DNA of 64,000 bases from the human T2T-CHM13v2.0 reference genome, Homo sapiens. Location: the NCBI GenBank assembly GCA_009914755.4, contig CP068257.2, positions 12,352,001 through 12,416,000 of the forward strand. Direction: 5' to 3'. The translations under genes and the position numbers were made by a program. The notes under the pieces are model-generated. The model was not told the origin of the DNA and did not search any database. It saw only the letters and a program-made list of their open reading frames with translations. How positions within the stretch are numbered: the first letter of the stretch is position 1; each line of letters starts with the position of its first letter. Shown here in pieces: positions 60,206 to 64,000 of the stretch.

Positions 60206-60573
60206 AAAATCTTACAATTATTGAGTTGTAGGAACTATTCTAAATACATAGCTTCTCATTTAAGCATCACGATGGTGTCCTATGAGATAGCTACTATTGT
60301 CATCTTCATTAATGAGGAAGTTGAGGCACAGAAAGGCTAAGAAATAGTTGGTAAGTGACAGGGTTTAAAGTAGGACTCAAACCCTAATTGAACTGAATCC
60401 AAAGACTGAGCTCTTTCTATTCAAATAGGCTGCTGTTTTCATTAAGGCAATGAGCAATCAGAGCTAGTAAGTATTGTACTTTCTTCAAAAAAAAAAATAA
60501 GTATTTGTTTTGAAGGCAGAGGAAAAACATGCTATTCATTTTTTACAGTTACATGAATGATTGTATGTTTTGA

Positions 60574-60738
<165 letters not shown>

Positions 60739-60885
60739 TAGAGCCAACTCTTTTAGCATGACATGGATTTGATTTGCATACATAGAATTAAAATAAATTG
60801 ATCTCATTTACATATAACTAGTTGGTGAAACCTGTGGAATGTGTATTTTGAATTCTTGGAATTTACAATCTATTTCTTGGTCTAA

Positions 60886-61071
<186 letters not shown>

Positions 61072-61859
61072 TAGATCAATCAACTTTCTTCCCAAAATAT
61101 TTGTTTTAACATTGACATAGGTAAGGGTCATTTTTTTATATTTGGAAGCTCAACCATTCCCTGAATGCAAATGCAAATTATTTTGAAATAATTGTCTAAG
61201 ATTTTATTTTAAATATTGATACTTTTAAAGGAGCATTAAAGGGTATGGCTTTATAAAATGCACTTTGGAAAATATTTGTGAATTTGTTAAAGGTAAAACC
61301 TTTTCAACTTTTTTTCTGTGGAGGGTTATTCTTTCCTCCCCCCCCCCCCCAGTTAGTGTAAAACAACACAGGAAAGAAATTATGCCCTGGAAATAGGCTT
61401 TATCTTAAAACTCAAACAAAACTAAAGCAACTTACAATAAGTGGATATGTTGCTGCTGCTAATTTTCTGAAAAACCGATGTATCATCTCTCAGTGGCACA
61501 AGGCTTAACAGGGGAAAATGGGAAGGGAAAAGGAGAGCAATCAGAAATATGCAGGTCACTTGGAAATTAGGTAATGAGCGAAAATGCCAAGAATAGTTTT
61601 TTTTTTTCTCTTAGTTTGTTGTTCTTCCAGTTTATGCCTAAAACTTAAAGTATAGTAATAATAATAATAAAAAAAAAAGCACCCCCAAAGCAACCAACCA
61701 ATCCAAGAAAAAATACATCTCAGGGTTCTGTTGGTCCTCTTGCATGGGCGGCCCTGCCCCCCTGTTCTGGCCTGGCTCAAGCACCCTCCACCCTACCCCA
61801 GCCTGCTGGAAGGAGCTCTGTCTACCAGAGCAGAGGGCTCCCTCTCCCAGGCTCTATCA

Positions 61860-62110
61860 CTCTGGCTCTCTAGCTCTCTCACCCTCTCTCTATTTCTCTT
61901 ATTTCCCCTCCATCTCATGCTCTTTCTGTCACTCTCTCTCTCTCCTTCCTGTCTCTCTCTATATCGTGGTCTCTCTCCCTCAGTTTCTATCTCTCCATCC
62001 TCTTTCCCTTGCTCTCCTTCAAGCTGTATCTTTGTGTATCTGTGTGTGTCTGTGTCTGTGTGCCCGCGCGCATGCACCCATGTGTGTCTGTGGGTGTGGG
62101 TTTGCTCGTG
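61860..62110. repeat. CT-rich and TG-rich low-complexity tract (polypyrimidine on +)
   Basis: ctctctctctcc..., ctgtgtgtgtctgtg... Confidence 0.6.
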
Positions 62111-63499
62111 GTGGTGAGGTGTGTCTGGCTGTCCATCAGCCTCTCTCTCCTGGGATCAGTCTGCCAGCTCTAGTGGCAGCGCCGGGCAAAGCAGCTCCTC
62201 CCACTCACTTGGCCACGGGCCATGTCCTTGTCGGGACAAGCGACGCTGTTAGTGACATTGTGAGAGAAAGGGCTCGTAGGGCTAGGGCGGCTGTTCACCC
62301 CTGGGCAGCCCTGGTAGCTCTGGGTGGGTGAGGAAAGAGGGGGCCTTGCAGGTGGGGCGGCAAGGGAACCAAAACAATCCCTCGGGCGGCAAGGAGGAGG
62401 ACAGGAGGGTATCCCAGGACCGTGGGCCCAGGGCCCTGAGGGCTGGGAGCACAAACTGTCCTGAGCAGGCGCGATGTGGTGGAAGCTTGGGAGCTCAGGA
62501 GCCTGGGGAAGGCCTGGAGCGTCGGAAGAATGGAGGCCACCCAGAGAGCCCGAAGTCTGGGCAGGGGATGGAAACCTCTGGCGTCCCCACTCAACAGCAG
62601 GGTGCCACCACGGCGGTCCGGTGCATGGCCTCAGCAGCGATGGCGGGAGGCTCTTGGAGGCCGGCGGAAGGTCCAGCGCGGAGACCCACAGTGCTGGGGC
62701 GTGGAGGGGGAGAGCAGCCCAGCAGCGGGCGAGTGGCTCAGAGGTGACCGATCGGAGCCCCGCGGCCCTGGAGTGGCGGTGATGCCTGGAGCCAGGCGGG
62801 CGTGGCCGGGCCCGGCTCTTGTGTCAGCCAGGTATCACTGCCGCTGTCTAAGGCCTTACCGCCCTGAAGACGCCTGCTCTCCTCTGGTCTGTGAAGCTAC
62901 GCAGGGTGGGGCTTGTTTCAGTTTGAGGGAGACCGCGTGGGACTACTGGACGCTGTGGGCTTTTGGCTTCCCGCTCTCTCCCTCTTTCCCCCTTTTGTTG
63001 CTCTGCCTCCCAACCACCCCCTGACTCTGCTACCCCTTTTCCGGCTGCCTGAGTCCCCATCGCAACCCAGGACCTCCTCGTGGGGGTCCACCGCTGCAGT
63101 ACCGCCAGGCAGCAGCATCCCACCTCTTCCGCCTTGCTGCAGCTCCACCAGGTCCCCGGCTCTAGCCAGGCCGGGGCAGGCCAGGACCAGACCCCCAAAG
63201 GCACAGGCCCAGGTTCCCTGCCATCCTGATTATCTTCCTGCTCCAGGAACGCCCACGTAATTCAATTCACTCATCTGGCGCCGCCGCAAACATCCAAGCC
63301 TGGGGAAGTTGCGGGCAGGGGCAGAGGGTCCCACAGATGCCAGCCAAGAGCTCCTCCAGAACGCACGGGCTGCTTTTTCCAGGGAAGGACATTGCCTTTG
63401 CCAGCTACCAGGAAAACGTCCTTGTGAACCCGGATTCCCATTGCTACCGACTTCGTGTAAACTCCCGTCCCGAGGACACGAGAGAGACTCAGGCCTCAG

Positions 63500-64000
63500 G
63501 CGAGGATTCCCTGGATTGCACCCAGGGTGCGTGTCTCGCCCACAGGAGCACCCCAAAGCGGCAAGAAGACACCGGGTGATGGGAACAGAAAGCCTGGCTT
63601 TGAAGAGGACGTTGAGGCAGTCCGTGGAAAAACTTCCCAGGGATGACAGTGCCTTCCCGACAGACCCTGCGGCAGAATGGGAGGGGGAGCGTGGAGTCCC
63701 TGTCTTGCACCCAGGGTGCTTGTCTCGCCCTCAGGGGGCACCCCATAGCGGCAAGAATTCCCCCAGAGAAAGGTAACAGGATGCCCCGCTTGAAAGACAT
63801 GCACCCTGGGTGCAAGCCAGGGACTCCACGACCACCCCGGGCCCGGCACAGAGACTGCAGGGAAGGCACTGTTTTTCGTGGGATTTCCCGCACCCCCCCC
63901 CCCGGACTGCCTCAACATCCCCTTTCAAGCCTGACATCCTGTTCCCTTCCACCAGGGGACATCTTGCCGCTTTGGGGTGCCCGTCGTGGGTGCGACTCGC
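63500..64000. repeat. palindrome: about 250-bp arms in inverted orientation around 63780, the first arm also containing a 200-bp direct repeat (motif TGCACCCAGGGTGCNTGTCTCGCCC at 63506 and 63706); it continues past the window end
   Basis: reverse complement of 63790-64000 aligns to 63500-63780 (shared segments acagtgccttcc/ggaaggcactgt, gttgaggcagtcc/ggactgcctcaac, gcaccccaaagcggcaag/cttgccgctttggggtgc). Confidence 0.6.

Overview
Primate (human-like) nuclear DNA; no prokaryotic gene system is present. The window has three compartments.
(1) Positions 1-10,000 are GC-rich single-copy sequence with Alu insertions. This part holds four candidate + strand exons of an unidentified gene (acidic peptide segments), a 33-bp VNTR next to one exon and a 90-bp minisatellite.
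(2) Positions 10,000-46,700 are AT-rich and dominated by transposable elements: several LINE-1 copies in both orientations, about 20 Alu elements, one THE1/MST-type (MaLR) LTR and (TG)n/(TA)n microsatellites. An isolated CpG-island promoter at about 19.4-20.0 kb carries two CCAAT boxes, and its putative first exon ends exactly at an ATG followed by a GTGAGT donor.
(3) Positions 46,800-56,300 are a block of GC-rich tandem arrays. A 4.5-kb G-rich hexamer-like array (GGGCCA/GGGCAG) switches strand polarity twice. It is followed by a 37-46-bp GC-rich satellite arranged as an inverted repeat around a truncated L1 and a short unique segment with a CCAAT + TATA motif. These arrays lie directly upstream of a CpG island and the first three coding exons (+ strand) of an ANKRD20A-family (ANKRD20A/ANKRD26/POTE) ankyrin-repeat gene: exon 1 starts at ATG 56345, then exons 60618-60732 and 60895-61068, and the gene continues past the window end. 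The last 500 bp of the window form a palindrome. This architecture (satellite arrays, inverted duplications and an ANKRD20A paralog) is typical of pericentromeric segmental duplications. No rRNA, tRNA or CRISPR features are supported.
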